From contig CM000151.3 in assembly GCA_000004695.1 (NCBI GenBank), positions 3,904,001-3,968,000 on the forward strand: a DNA stretch of 64,000 bases, given 5' to 3'. The DNA is from Dictyostelium discoideum. Lineage: Eukaryota. Positions 12,583 to 24,528 of the stretch are shown one piece after another (positions within the stretch are counted from its first letter, which is position 1; each line of letters starts with the position of its first letter). The translations under genes were made by a program, and so were the position numbers. The notes below the pieces were generated by a model, which did no database searches, was not told the DNA's origin, and saw only the letters and a program-made list of their open reading frames with translations.

Positions 12583-12713
12583 CTTAAATTTAAAATAAAA
12601 AAAAAAAATTAAAATTAAAAATAACCACCATTTAATGGATTTTTCATTTTAATCCCTTATTTAATTCCCACACCTTTTTTATTAAATAGCTTAAAAAATC
12701 ACAAAAGTGACAG

Positions 12714-12722
12714 CACACCCCC
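12714..12722 (-). promoter_or_regulatory. G-box/CAE-like element (sense strand TTTTAGGGGGTGTG) about 530 bp upstream of paralogue A
   Basis: CACACCCCC on the plus strand, in DNA that is otherwise over 90% AT. Comparable G5 elements sit upstream of paralogue B (13912..13926 CACCCCCACCATTTG, about 220 bp upstream) and paralogue C (10428..10440 ACTGGGGGTAAAC and 10491..10500 AACCCCCAAG, which also form a 10-bp inverted repeat). G-rich boxes (GBF sites) drive post-aggregative genes in Dictyostelium. Confidence 0.3.
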
Positions 12723-12925
12723 TAAAAATAAAAAAAACAAAAATTATTTTTCAAAGTGAAAATCAATAATAACAATAAAAAAACTTTTAAAAACAACCCC
12801 ATTTTACCGTGTTTTTTTTTTTTTTTTCAATTAATTATTGTAATTTTCATTATGAGAACTATCATTGAAAAAAATTAATTAAAAAAATAAATTTAAAATA
12901 TGAAAAAAAGTTTGAAAAAATATTC

Positions 12926-12968
<43 letters not shown>

Positions 12969-13071
12969 ATTCCAATAAAAGAAACTATTATTAGTTTCTT
13001 TTATTATAATTAATTTTTTTTTTTTTTTTTTTTTTTTTGAACTATATATAATTAATCAAATTGTAATAAAT

Positions 13072-13692
13072 TTAATGTTGTTTTTGAGGCAATAGTGGCG
13101 GTTTTGTTGGAGAAGAAGTTGTTAAACCACCAAGAACAGGTGTATTTAAAATTCTATCTCTATAACATTGAGCTTCTAATAATATACCAACTGTATCAAC
13201 GGTTAAATTAATTGCATCACCTAAAATTGGAATTTTACAAATTAACAATGTATTACAAAGTGTTTTAATATAACTTTCCAATGTAATTGGATCGAATCCA
13301 ATCTCTGAAAAATAATCTCTAATTTGATCTAAAAAGAATGCCAATATTTTATCATTTTCAAATAATTGAATTTGATTTGAAAATTTAACCATTGATGAAT
13401 TAAAATTATTATAATTTCCATTTTTAAATTCATCACTATTTAAAATTAATTTCATTTGTTTAATTTGACTATCAACATATATTTCACTCTTTTCATTACT
13501 TTTAAATTTAGTTTTTTTCCATTTTATCTATAAAATAAATAAAAAAAATAAAAAAAAAAAACCATTTAAGTAAAGGAATTTTATTTATTTATTTTTTTAT
13601 TTATATAATTTAATTTTTACAGGTGAAGCAAAACATGAACTAATTATTAAGAAAGAAATAAAAAATATTAATATAAACTTATTAATCTTCAT
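13072..13692 (-). CDS. Small secreted protein (paralogue B of cluster); 2 exons, 175 aa
   Basis: Exon 1 is 13621..13692: MKINKFILIFFISFLIISSCFASP (24 codons). The intron is 13528..13620 (GTAAAA...TTTTATAG). Exon 2 is 13072..13527: IKWKKTKF...CNTLLIC...CYRDRILNTPVLGGLTTSSPTKPPLLPQKQH*. It has the same architecture and orientation as genes A and C. Confidence 0.55.
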
Positions 13693-14063
13693 TTTTTTTT
13701 TTTTTTTTTTTTTTTATTAATATTTCAAATAAATTAAATTGAATAAATAATGAATATAAAAAAAAAAGTGCACAGAAAAAAAAAAAATAAAATAAAATAA
13801 AATTAAATAAAATTAAAAAAATAAAAAATTATTTGGTGCCAATTAACTAAATATAAAAACAAAATTTGTAATATGCAATGCTTTGAAAACCAGTTTATTT
13901 ACCACTACTTTCACCCCCACCATTTGTTTTCTTTGTTTTTTTTTTGGTTTTTTTTTAATATTAAAAATCTGTGTTTAAAAAAAAAATAAATATAACCATT
14001 TAAATGGGTCGCGGGAGTATGAAAATATTTATGATATTTTTTTTTTTTTTTATTTTATATTTT

Positions 14064-14322
14064 TCAATAAAAAATAGTTTTCTTTGTATAATGTCTTTCA
14101 ACTTTTCTAATTACACCATCTTTACCTTTTGTCCAAAGATAGTAGTCAAATTCAACATCATTTTTAATAAAATTATCAGTTCTTTTCTTTGCAATTGAAA
14201 CGATTTCAATACATGCTTGAATTGCTTGAACCCTTAATTCAACCTCATCATTTCCAGGTAATAATTCAGCACCAGCATTTAAACGTTCTTCTAATTCTTT
14301 TGAAACTTCTAAAATTCCAAAC

Positions 14323-14368
<46 letters not shown>

Positions 14369-15323
14369 AAATAAGTTAGTAGTAATAAAATTAAATTATT
14401 TATATATTATATAATATAAACTTACATTTCTTAAAACAGCAGGTAAAACATTATCAGTGAAAACGGTAACATCATTAATATCAGTGAAATTAAAACGATC
14501 AGGTATGGTATCTTTGAAACGACGATAAAGATCTGCTGCTAATAATTGAACTTTTTTAAAAATGAAAATACGATGACCTTTATAGTTTGCTTGATCATTG
14601 AATGCTGGAATTGTTTCAACTAAAATTTTAACTAAATCTGATGCCAATGGAGTTGTTGATGATGATGATGATGATCTTTTAGATGGATCTGTAATACTCC
14701 AAATCCAATCACCAAAATCTTGAAATCCTAATTTTAAAACAATCTCTGAACTTTCTTTTAAAACTGTATGAATTGATTGAGCCAATTGTTTTAATGGTGT
14801 ATCACGATATGAGTAAATTCCAGCTTGAATTTCAAATTCCTCTTGTGTTGGTATATTAAATAGTTGTGAAACATCATTCAATGACATATTACTAAGGAAA
14901 TTGGCTGTTAATTTCCCACCCTGTGATAAAAACATACCCATCAATCCATAACAAATAGTTTCATATGCACCTCTATTACATGCTTCATGTAACTCTTTTC
15001 TATATCCACTTCCAAAATTAATTAAATCTAATAAAAACCAAAAATTAATTTCTTGTTGTGAATTTGAATAATTTAATGGAAATAAAACTGTTGATGATTT
15101 TGATTCATAATCATCTATAAAAAAACAAATAAAAAAAATTATTATTATTATTAAATTGTTTATTATCTCAATAAAAAGTTGTATAAAATTATTTTTATTT
15201 ACCTTTTTTAAGATTATCTAAAAATTCATTGATTTTATTAAAGTTGATTTTAACATTATCTGAATGTTCGTTAACCCAATTTGCTGATTCACGGACTTGT
15301 TGGAGTGGATTATCTGATACCAT
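14064..15323 (-). CDS. Queuosine salvage protein QNG1/C9orf64 (DUF2419) homologue; 3 exons; 5' end uncertain (apparent 1-nt frameshift)
   Basis: Exon 2 is 14426..15114 (phase 1 to 0) and exon 3 is 14064..14321. Introns have donor GTAAGT at 14425 and GTAAAT at 15203, with acceptors ATAG and TTATAG. Matches to human QNG1: FWFLLDLINFGSGYR~WVFVTDTLNFSFWSE, IFIFKKVQLLAADLYRRF~VSFYKRAQILVADTW, VTVFTDNVLPAVLRN~ITMFADYRLPQVL, VELRVQAIQACIEIV~VEIRGCSLWCVELI, and the C-terminus EFDYYLWTKGKD...RHYTKKTIFY*~LLDYYLWDYAHD...HRIRCIYY*. In exon 1 (15204..15323) the ATG at 15323..15321 is out of frame by 1 nt with the conserved block VRESANWVNEHSDNVKINF (human RESAQFIAENSRDVFID). One extra C in the CC run at about 15300-15303 would give MVSDNPLPQVRESANW. 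Confidence 0.75.
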
Positions 15324-15490
15324 TTTATTTGTTTTTTATTTTGGTTGTCTTGGAATTAATTAAAAAAAAAAAATAATAAAAAAATAAAAAATGAAAATGA
15401 ATTTTTAAAAATAAAAAAAAAATAAAAAAATAAAAAAATATAATTATTTTCTCATTTTTTTTTGGTCTTTGGTAAAGGGTGGTATGATGT

Positions 15491-15612
15491 AAAAATTTCA
15501 GTATTAAATTGGTGAAAAGTAATTTTATGCGGTGCTGGTGTTTGTGAATGTTTTTTTTTATTTTTTTATTTTTATTTTTATTTTTTTATTTTCTATGCAA
15601 CTCCCCATAGTC
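15491..15612. promoter_or_regulatory. Copy 1 of a conserved bipartite non-coding module (about 50-nt block + about 54-nt T-rich spacer + TGCA(A/G)CTCCCC(A/T)TA box) in the QNG1-like/iws1 divergent promoter
   Basis: Block 15491..15540 AAAAATTTCAGTATTAAATTGGTGAAAAGTAATTTTATGCGGTGCTGGTG; box 15594..15612 TATGCAACTCCCCATAGTC. It has about 85% identity to copy 2 at 45051..45171, and the spacing and orientation relative to the flanking genes are the same. The box resembles the DUSE upstream element [AT]CCCA[CT]AA of Dictyostelium small ncRNA genes. Confidence 0.45.
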
Positions 15613-15696
15613 TTGAGAAATTCAGTTTTTTGTTGCTTTTTTTTTTTTTTTTTTTGGGTTTTGGTAAAAATAAGTCAAAATAATAAAAATAATAAA

Positions 15697-15754
<58 letters not shown>

Positions 15755-16095
15755 TAAAAAATAATTAAAAAAAATAAAATTAAAACAAATTTTTTAAAAA
15801 AGTCCAAATTAGAACTTAAAAAGAAAAAAAAAAAAAAAAAAATTTTAAAACTAACCGTTTAAACGAAATTTTTTTTTAATTATTTTTTATTTTTTTTTTT
15901 TTTTTTATATTTTTTATTTTTATTTTTTTTTAATTTCATTTTTTTTTTTTTTTTTTTTTTATTATTATTTTTATTTTTTTTTATTTATTTTTAATACATA
16001 CATTCATTTATATATTTTTTTATTATTTTTTTTTCTGTGTGTAACCTATTTATTTTTAGATATTATTTTTTTAAATATATATATTTAAAAAAAAA

Positions 16096-18142
16096 ATGGA
16101 AACAGAAAATAATAATATTGAAGGAAATGTGGTTGCAACCACAACAGTAGTTGAAAAAGTTCAAGAAGAACAAACTACAACAACAGCAATGAATACACAA
16201 AAAGTCGAAACTACAACAACAGCATCAACTACAGAAGACAATAAAGAATCAATTAATCAACCAACTGATAATACAAATGAAGATGATATTTCAAATAAAT
16301 TACATCATAAAAAAATAATGTTGGAAGAGGATGATGAGGATGATGAGGATGATGAAATTCTTAGTACACAAATACCAGTAGTAAACTCAACTTCACAAGA
16401 GAATAATAATGGTGGTGAATTAAAAGAAAAAACTGATAAAGTAGGTGGTGAAGATAATGCTGAAAAAGAAGTATCACCACCACCACCACCAACTACTACA
16501 ACCACTACAACCACTACAACCACTACATCTGATTCAAATCAAGAAAATAAAAATGAAGAAGGTGAAGAAGAAGAGGATGAAGAAGAAGAGGTTGAAGAAG
16601 AAGAAGTTGAGGGTGATAAAAAAGAAACTAAAGAAGAAAGAAGAGAAAGAAAGAAAGCAAAGAAAGAAGCTAAAAAAGCAAAGAAAGAGGCTAAAAAAGC
16701 AAAGAAAGAAGCAAAGAAATTAGCAGAGAATGAAGAGGAAGGTGGTAATAATAGTAATAGTAATAGTAATAATAATGATAATGAAAATGAAGGTGTAGAA
16801 GTTTCAAAAACTACAGGTGATGTTGATTTTGATGAAGAGACAACAGAACAAACTGAACAAGATGGTGAAGATGGTGAAGAGAAAAAACCAAAAAGATTAG
16901 GTAGAAAGAAATCAAAGAAATCACATAGCACCACAACCACTACAGATGATAAAGAGGATGATGTATTTGATGAGGAGATGACTGCATCACAAGAGGAACC
17001 AAAGAAAAAGAGAAAGAAAGATGAAGATGAAGATTATCAAGATGAAGAGGAAGAACAACCACAAGAAAACAATGAAAATGAAAATGAAAATGGGGGTGAA
17101 GAAGATGAAGATTACAGTAGTGGTGGTGGTAGTAAAAAGAAGAAGAGAAAGTCATCAAAGAAAGAACCAAAAGAACCAAAAGAACCAAAAGAACCAAGAA
17201 AGAAAAAGAAAGAATCAAATGAAAATTCATTCTCAAAAGATTTAGGTAAAAGAAATATTCAAAGAAAGATCGATGTTGGTAAAGTTATAGAGAGTGAGAA
17301 ACCAGCAGTCATTGATTTAATCGATAGAATGAATATCGCTTTCCAAGAGGATAATGTTGCAAACAAACAAAAGAAACCAGCACTCAATAAAACCAAATTA
17401 TTACCAGAGGTGGATGCAATGTTATCAAAGAAAATTCTTCATTCAACTTGTATTTCCAATGGTATCTTTGATGTTATCTCTGAATGGTTAAAACCATTAC
17501 CAGATGGTAGTCAACCAAATCATAAAGTCAAGGAGGTCCTTTTGAAGGGTCTATTTGATCTTCCACCTCCATCAAGTGAAATGGAATGTACTCCAAGAAT
17601 TGGTAGAGCCATCACCCTTATCAAACGTTCGGAGACTGAAACACCATCCATTAAAAAGTTGGCATATGATATCTTTGATAAATGGACTCGTCCTTCTCAA
17701 ATTAGACAAGAGTTTAATGATGTGCATGTTGATCAAAAACAAATTCAGTCACCATTACATTCAAGCGCCAATGGTGATGATAATTTACAACTCTTATCAA
17801 AGAAATATACTGATTATTTACCTGAACATATTAAACATGCAACTGGTTGTAAAAAAGTTACTTTAGATTATGTTAATAGACCAATTAATAGTGGTATTGT
17901 AAGTTTTTTTTTTTAAAAATTAATTTTAAATCCAATTTTTTTTAATGATCCAATAATTTTTTACTAATAATGTTTTTTTTATTTTTATTATTAAAAATTT
18001 TTAGAATCAACATAGACCAGTTGATTCTCCAGTTAGAACAATCAATAGAATCGATAAAGAAATTGCATCAAAATTAAAGAAAACAACATATAAAGGTTCA
18101 CCTCGTGCTCACAATATTAGTGTTGAAGGTCGTCGTATGTTC

Positions 18143-18148
<6 letters not shown>
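16096..18148 (+). CDS. iws1: IWS1/Spn1 transcription elongation factor homologue; 2 exons, 648 aa
   Basis: Exon 1 is 16096..17898 (donor GTAAGT at 17899) and exon 2 is 18005..18148 (acceptor TTTTTAG). The N-terminus is acidic/Thr/Lys low complexity. The C-terminal IWS1/TFIIS-N-type domain reads KKPALNKTKLLPEVDAMLSKKILHSTCISNGIFDVISEWLKPLPDGSQPNHKVKEVLLKGLFDLPPPSSEMECTPRIGRAITLIKRSETETPSIKKLAYDIFDKWTRP. Confidence 0.85.
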
Positions 18149-18181
<33 letters not shown>

Positions 18182-18419
18182 TTTCACCTCTTTCCTCACA
18201 ATATTGTAATTCTTGTACAAAAGTAATAAAAAAAAAAAAATAATGATAATAATAAAGTTTTTTAATAAAAAAAAAAAATAAAAAAAAATAAAAAAAAAAA
18301 TATAAAATAATCTTTTTATTGTTATTATTTCTATCTTTATTTTGGTTTTATATATACATCTTTATAAAAAAAAAAAAAAAATAATAATTTAAACTTAAAT
18401 AAAATTTATATATTTATAA

Positions 18420-19030
18420 TTAATCATCATCAATTACAATTGGATCAGTTGCACTATTATTTCTTGAATTATTATTATTATTAATATTATTAATATTATT
18501 AATATTAGTGTTATTGTTGTCACTATTTTTCTTATTCTTTTTTGCATTCTTTAAAAATTCATTTCTATAGTAAACAGAGCTATGAAGTATATTTTTACGT
18601 TTATTTGAATGAACTTTACCACATTCACATTCATCATCATCATCTTCATCCTCATCATCATCCTCCTCATCCTCACCTGCATTAATTCCTGCTCTTGAAT
18701 AAAAGCTGTATATCTCAGAGTCTCCAGAATCCTCTTCTTCCTCTTCTTCTTCATCTTCTTCCTCCCCCTCCTCTTCTTCAATAGGACTACTTCGAAATTC
18801 ATCAGAGTCTCCAGAATCCTCTTCTTCCTCTTCCTCTTCATCATAAGGAACAGATTCACTACCGAGATTTGTTGTAGTTGTTGTAGTTGTTGATGCTGCT
18901 GCTAATTGATCTAATGTAGTTGCTGATTGATCTAATGTCGTTGCTGATTGATCCAATGTCGTTAAAGTTGAGGGTGTCATAGTGGTTGCAACACTTGAAG
19001 TTGATACAGTTTGAGTTGGAATATCATTAC

Positions 19031-19121
<91 letters not shown>

Positions 19122-21024
19122 ATCATCAGAGTCAAGTAAATCTACAATCTCTATATTATTAGCAGTAGTGGTAGTTTTATCACCATCACCACCACCATCA
19201 GCATCATCCTTACCATCATCATCACTAAAATTTTCAGCAGATTCATTTTTATATTCCCAATGACCATCAGGAAAAATGGTAATAATTTCACAAGTTGAAG
19301 GTGCTTGTGATAAAAGTTTTTGAAAGAATGGATCTATTAATAATAAATTTGGAGGAGCAACAGCATGACAAATTGGACAATTCCAAAGCTGTTGTTGATT
19401 TGAATACTCTGTAAAACTACATAAATCAAAACATTGATTATGAGTGCACTTTTTAGATTTAGCAGGATATTCAATCCTTTTAAAACTTAAAGGACAACGA
19501 ACTGTTAAATCATAGGTTAACTCTTCCAAATCATCTTCATTTTTCTTTTGTCTCTTATCAGCCGATTGAGATTCCTCCATTTCCGACTTCATTTTAATTT
19601 CCTCAACCACCTGTTGCAGAGTTTGGTTCTTTAATAATTGTACAACCATGATACCACTTGTTCTATTCTGAATTTGTAAATTGACTCTATTATCAGATCT
19701 TTTCACCAAGTGGGTGATGTCAATTGGTTTTTGAATTACACATGGATTTGAAAATGATTTAGTTCTAATCTTTTTAAATTGCTCATTATTAATTGATTTA
19801 CCATTGACTGATAAATATATATCTGAACCGTAATGAATATCACTACCACTTTGTTTATTGTATAACCTAATTTGAATTGAGTAATCGTCTTTTAGAGGTG
19901 GTGGTGGTAATGATGGGTTTAATAATTTCTGTTGTGCTGCTTCAATGATTTTCCAAGTCTCTAAATCTAAACTAAATGAAACGGTTACAGTGGAAACGAA
20001 TGATGTTATCACCAATTTATCAAGTTCTTGAAAGAATGGTGATTGTTTTTCCTCAAAACTACTATCATTAAGTTGTAGTTTCTTTTGAACTGAAGGATTA
20101 TTATAATCAGAGCTTGATTTATTTTGCATTGTAAATATAAATCTAGTTATATTTTGCATTGTATCTTTATATTGTCTTGGTGGTTCTTGAACATTATCTG
20201 TAAAATTATTAATTCCACCATTTAATTTTTGAACTTGTAATTGAAAATTATTAGATGCTTGATTATGATGTTCTGAATTAATACTACCATTATAATTATA
20301 ATTATTATTATTATAATTATTATTATAATTATTATAATTATTATAATTATTATTATTATAATTATTATTGTTGTTATTATAATTGAAGTTATTATTACTA
20401 TTACTATTGTTATTACTACTATTATAGTTACTATTATTATTAGTGGTGGTGGTAGTAGTAGTACTATTATTATTGTTAGTAGAAATATTTGGATATATAG
20501 ATTCTAATTGTCTTTGAGCATTATGTATTCGCTCAATTTCTTGTAGTCTCTGTTGTAAATAAATTGCATTTGGTTTTAGAGCATATTGTGGTGTTGGGGG
20601 TGCTATTCTATTATTATTATGGTTATGATTATGATGAGAAGATGATGATGAAGATGAGGAGGATGAGGAGGATGAAGATGAGGAGGATGGACCAAAAGCT
20701 ATACTCTCTAATGAGCTTAATAATTGAGGTTTATTCCCTTGTAATCTTGTATTTGGTCTATAATGTCTAACAATCTTTAATATTGCTTTAATTTCATCAA
20801 CTTTTAATTTCTTTAAATCAAATATTTTACTATTTTTTTAATTTGTTTATGTTTGTTAATATATATTAATTTTTATAGAGTCTCCAAAATAATTAAATAA
20901 ATAAATAAATAAATAAATCGAAAACTTACGATACAAAATAATTATTAAAAGTATTTTGGTCCCTAGAAAATACGCCTTCAACAATTTCTTTTTGTTCAAC
21001 CGTTGAAAAGCGATGGCTTACCAT
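18420..21024 (-). CDS. PIAS-type SUMO E3 ligase (SAP + PINIT-like + SP-RING/MIZ zinc finger); 2 exons, about 834 aa
   Basis: Exon 1 is 20930..21024: MVSHRFSTVEQKEIVEGVFSRDQNTFNNYFV, phase 2, donor GTAAGT. The intron is 20830..20929. Exon 2 is 18420..20829: SKIFDLKKLKVDEIKAILKIV (SAP-like)...poly-Ser/Asn...the SP-RING CPLSFKRIEYPAKSKKCTHNQCFDLCSFTEYSNQQQLWNCPICH...N27 tract coded by (ATT)n 19037..19116...acidic tail. Confidence 0.8.
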
Positions 21025-21098
21025 TTTAAATATGTCTTTTTTTTTTTTTTTCTATATTTTTTGTTTTTATAAAATTTATGAAAAAATAAAAATAAAAA

Positions 21099-21143
<45 letters not shown>

Positions 21144-21212
21144 TCTTTTAAGGAATTAATTAAAAAAACACAAACTTTGGTTAATATAGTTCGGGGAAGA
21201 AATTTTTTGAGC

Positions 21213-21258
<46 letters not shown>

Positions 21259-21419
21259 CAAAAATAAATAAAATTTTTTTAAATAATTGGGGTAAAAATT
21301 ACAAGAAATTGTATTTTAAAACACAGTCATTTAACTTTCAATGTTGTTATTTTTATTTTTTTTATTTGACCATATTAAACAGTTGTTCTGGCTTTAAAAT
21401 TAACTAGGGTTAGATGTAC

Positions 21420-21527
<108 letters not shown>

Positions 21528-21968
21528 TAAATAATTAAATAAAATAAAAATATAATAAAGTTAATTATTTTTTTAAATCGAATTCTCAAATGGCGATTTT
21601 ATTTTTACACATAAAAAAAAAAAACTTATAAAAATAATAAATATTTTTATTTTTTTTATTTTTTCTAGGATTTTTATTTTATTTTATAAAAAAATATTTT
21701 TTATTATTCCTTTTTTTTTTTTCTTTTTTTTTTTTTTTAATTTTTTTTTTTTTTATTTATTATTTTTATTATTTTATTTTATTTTTTTTTATTATTTTTT
21801 TATTTGATTATTTTATTTTATTTTATTTTATTTTAATTTTGGATTTTATCCAAAAATAAAAATAAAAATCGGAAATTGATATAAATAATATTATTTATTA
21901 AAACTAATATATATATATATTTATATATATATATATTTATATATATTTTTTTGGGCAGAGAATTCGAT

Positions 21969-22234
21969 TTACCAATGTTCTCTTGTTAAACAATTATCAT
22001 TATTTTTTAAAGGTTCATTAAATAATTTTGCATTTGGATCATATCCATTTTTACTCTTTGCATCTGGTAAAATACTTTCACAAACTATTGATAAACAATC
22101 AAACATTTGTTCATTAAAAGTATCAGCTCCTTCCCATGGTTTCGATACATGATTCATATGAATAATCCATGCATCTGGTAAAACTACAAACTATATATTT
22201 TTTTAATAATAATTAAAAAATAAAAAATAAAAAA

Positions 22235-22316
<82 letters not shown>

Positions 22317-22965
22317 TTAAAAACTTACATCAAAACCAGCAGCAGCCATACCAAAAGTATGAGAATTTTTATCAAAACCATAACCTTTTAAACGTTCATC
22401 ATAGTCATGAATTTGAGATCTATTATAAAGTAAAAAAGGTTCATAAATCCATTTATATTGAACTAAATAAGGTTCCGAAGATAAATACCATCTACTATAG
22501 TTTGTTGGACCATGACATTTTGGACAAACACCTGAATTAATCTCTTTAATTAAATCTTGTTTTATAAAATCCAATAAATCCTTTTTATTATCTGGAAAAT
22601 CAAATCTTGAAATTGAGCTTGAAAATGATGGTATTACAAATGCAATCTTATTATTATTATTTATATTACTATTATCACTATTTAAATAGTAACCACCACC
22701 ACCACCATCATCTTTATTATTATTATCATTATTATTATTATTAAAATTTATATTTTTACCAAGATTATTTTCACTACCATCTAAAACTTTTTTTAAATTT
22801 TTAACATATAATTTTTCACCATTTCTTTTCAGTTTTTCAATTGCTTTTAAATCACCTTCAAAATCATTTGGATCAATTTTTAAATCTTCTTGTTTCTTTT
22901 TAAAATTCTTTTCATTATCATTATTATTATTATTATTACCATTATCATTATCATTATTTTCGTTG

Positions 22966-23054
<89 letters not shown>

Positions 23055-23744
23055 TGATGTATCAAGTTTCTCTAAAGTTGAATGTAAATAATCATACATA
23101 CCCAATGGTGAAATGAAATCAACATCTAATAATAAACACCATTCGGTTCTAGCATTTCTTAATGCTAAATTTCTAAGATTATTAACTGGATATCTGGTTT
23201 TATTTGCAAATAGAAAATGTAAATCGACAAACTCTGTAACTGCAAAACTATTTCTAACCAATTTAAATACTTCATCAATATCCTTAAAACTCGTTATATA
23301 AACTGCTGCTGAAATTGGTGCTCTCCATTTATCTGCCATCATTGCTATTCTATCAAATCTATCAACTGTAAATTGTGTTATAATTGATATATCATATTTT
23401 TTTAACTGTAATTTATAATAAACAAAATATTAGATACTAGATATTAGAAATATAAAGTTTGAATTTATAATTTATAATATACATATACATACATCACCAT
23501 TTGCTCTATAGGCAAATGTTTCAGTTTGAAATTTTGTATATAATGATTCTGTAAATGAAGAAGTTTTTGAAACTGGATGATTATTGTTATTATTGTTTGA
23601 TTTCTTTTCACCAAATGGTCCAAATACATATAAAAACAAAAATATTAATATAAATACAATTAATGTTTGATACGGTTTCTTTTTTATTCTTTCTGTTAAT
23701 CTAAATGTATTCCTTCTGGGATTGTTATTATAAAAATTTGACAT
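21969..23744 (-). CDS. Type II membrane glycosyltransferase, GT49 family (LARGE C-terminal domain / B4GAT1-like); 3 exons, 516 aa
   Basis: Exon 1 is 23493..23744: MSNFYNNNPRRNTFRLTERIKKKPYQTLIVFILIFLFLYVF (signal anchor)..., donor GTATGT. Exon 2 is 22329..23405: LKKYDISIITQFTVDRFDRIAMMADKWRAPISAAVY...NLLRNLALRNARTEWCLLLDVDFISP (DxD)...N32...CPKCHGPTNYSRWYLSSEPYLVQYKWIYEPFLLYNRS...YGFDKNSHTFGMAAAGFD, donor GTAAGT. The intron 22191..22328 contains (AAT)n. Exon 3 is 21969..22190: FVVLPDAWIIHMNHVSKPW...*. HAPTNFAKW and FIVLPNAYMIHMPH of LARGE domain 2 are mirrored. Confidence 0.75.
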
Positions 23745-23864
23745 TTTTCAAATAGAATATCTTGTTCTTCTTTTTATTTATTTTTTTTTTTTTTAAAAAA
23801 AAAAAAAGTTATTATTTAAATTACTGAACCACACAACCAACCACAAAACAACAAATGGTTTTCT

Positions 23865-23896
<32 letters not shown>

Positions 23897-24092
23897 AAGG
23901 GTTTGTGTTAATTTTATTTTTTTACTTTTTTTACTTTTTTTGTTTTTTTATTTTTTATTTTTTATTTTTTTTTAAGATTATGAGGGTTAGTTGTTTGTTA
24001 TATGAAACAATTATAATTTATGAATATAAGCGAAAAAAAAAAAAAAAAATGAAAATAAAAAAAAAAATCTAATTTTTTTTTTTTTCAAGCCT

Positions 24093-24124
<32 letters not shown>

Positions 24125-24280
24125 CAGTTAAAACGACAAAAATCTAATTTTATTTTTTTTTTTTTTTAATTTTTTTTCATTTTTTTTTTTTTGAAATTAA
24201 AATTGGATTAAATAGGAAATGTGAAATTAGTTTAAGAGTTTTTAACTTTAATACGATTTTTTATTTTTTTATTTTTTTTT

Positions 24281-24471
24281 GATTAATATAAAAGTGAAAG
24301 GGAAACTGGAATAATTTAAAATGTTTTTTTTTTTTTTTTTTTTTGGTTTAAACAATATGTGAATGTTAGGCTGAAATAATTTAAACTTTTATTTTATTTT
24401 GTTTTATTTTATTTATTTTTGTTGTTTAAACAACATAACTAAAAATTGAAACTTGCAATAATTTAAATTCT

Positions 24472-24528
<57 letters not shown>

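Noticed and set aside
16305-17866. ORFs 16305..16523(-), 16445..16723(+), 16539..16940(-), 16940..17236(-), 17021..17245(+), 17555..17866(+) inside iws1
   Set aside because: Low-complexity (GAA/GAT/AAG) coding sequence keeps other frames open. They overlap the IWS1 reading frame, which alone has homology.
22880-23065. ORFs 22880..23065 (poly-Ile) and 23113..23301(+) within the GT49 gene; 18551..18859 within PIAS; 25951..26154, 26888..27133, 27710..27892 within trappc9; 30515..30894 within the LRR gene; 43463..43657, 44538..44723 within MFS; 51028..51219 within purF; 52441..52632, 53690..54161, 54266..54493, 55420..55662, 57467..58048
   Set aside because: Overlapping alternate-frame or antisense ORFs inside confidently homologous genes.
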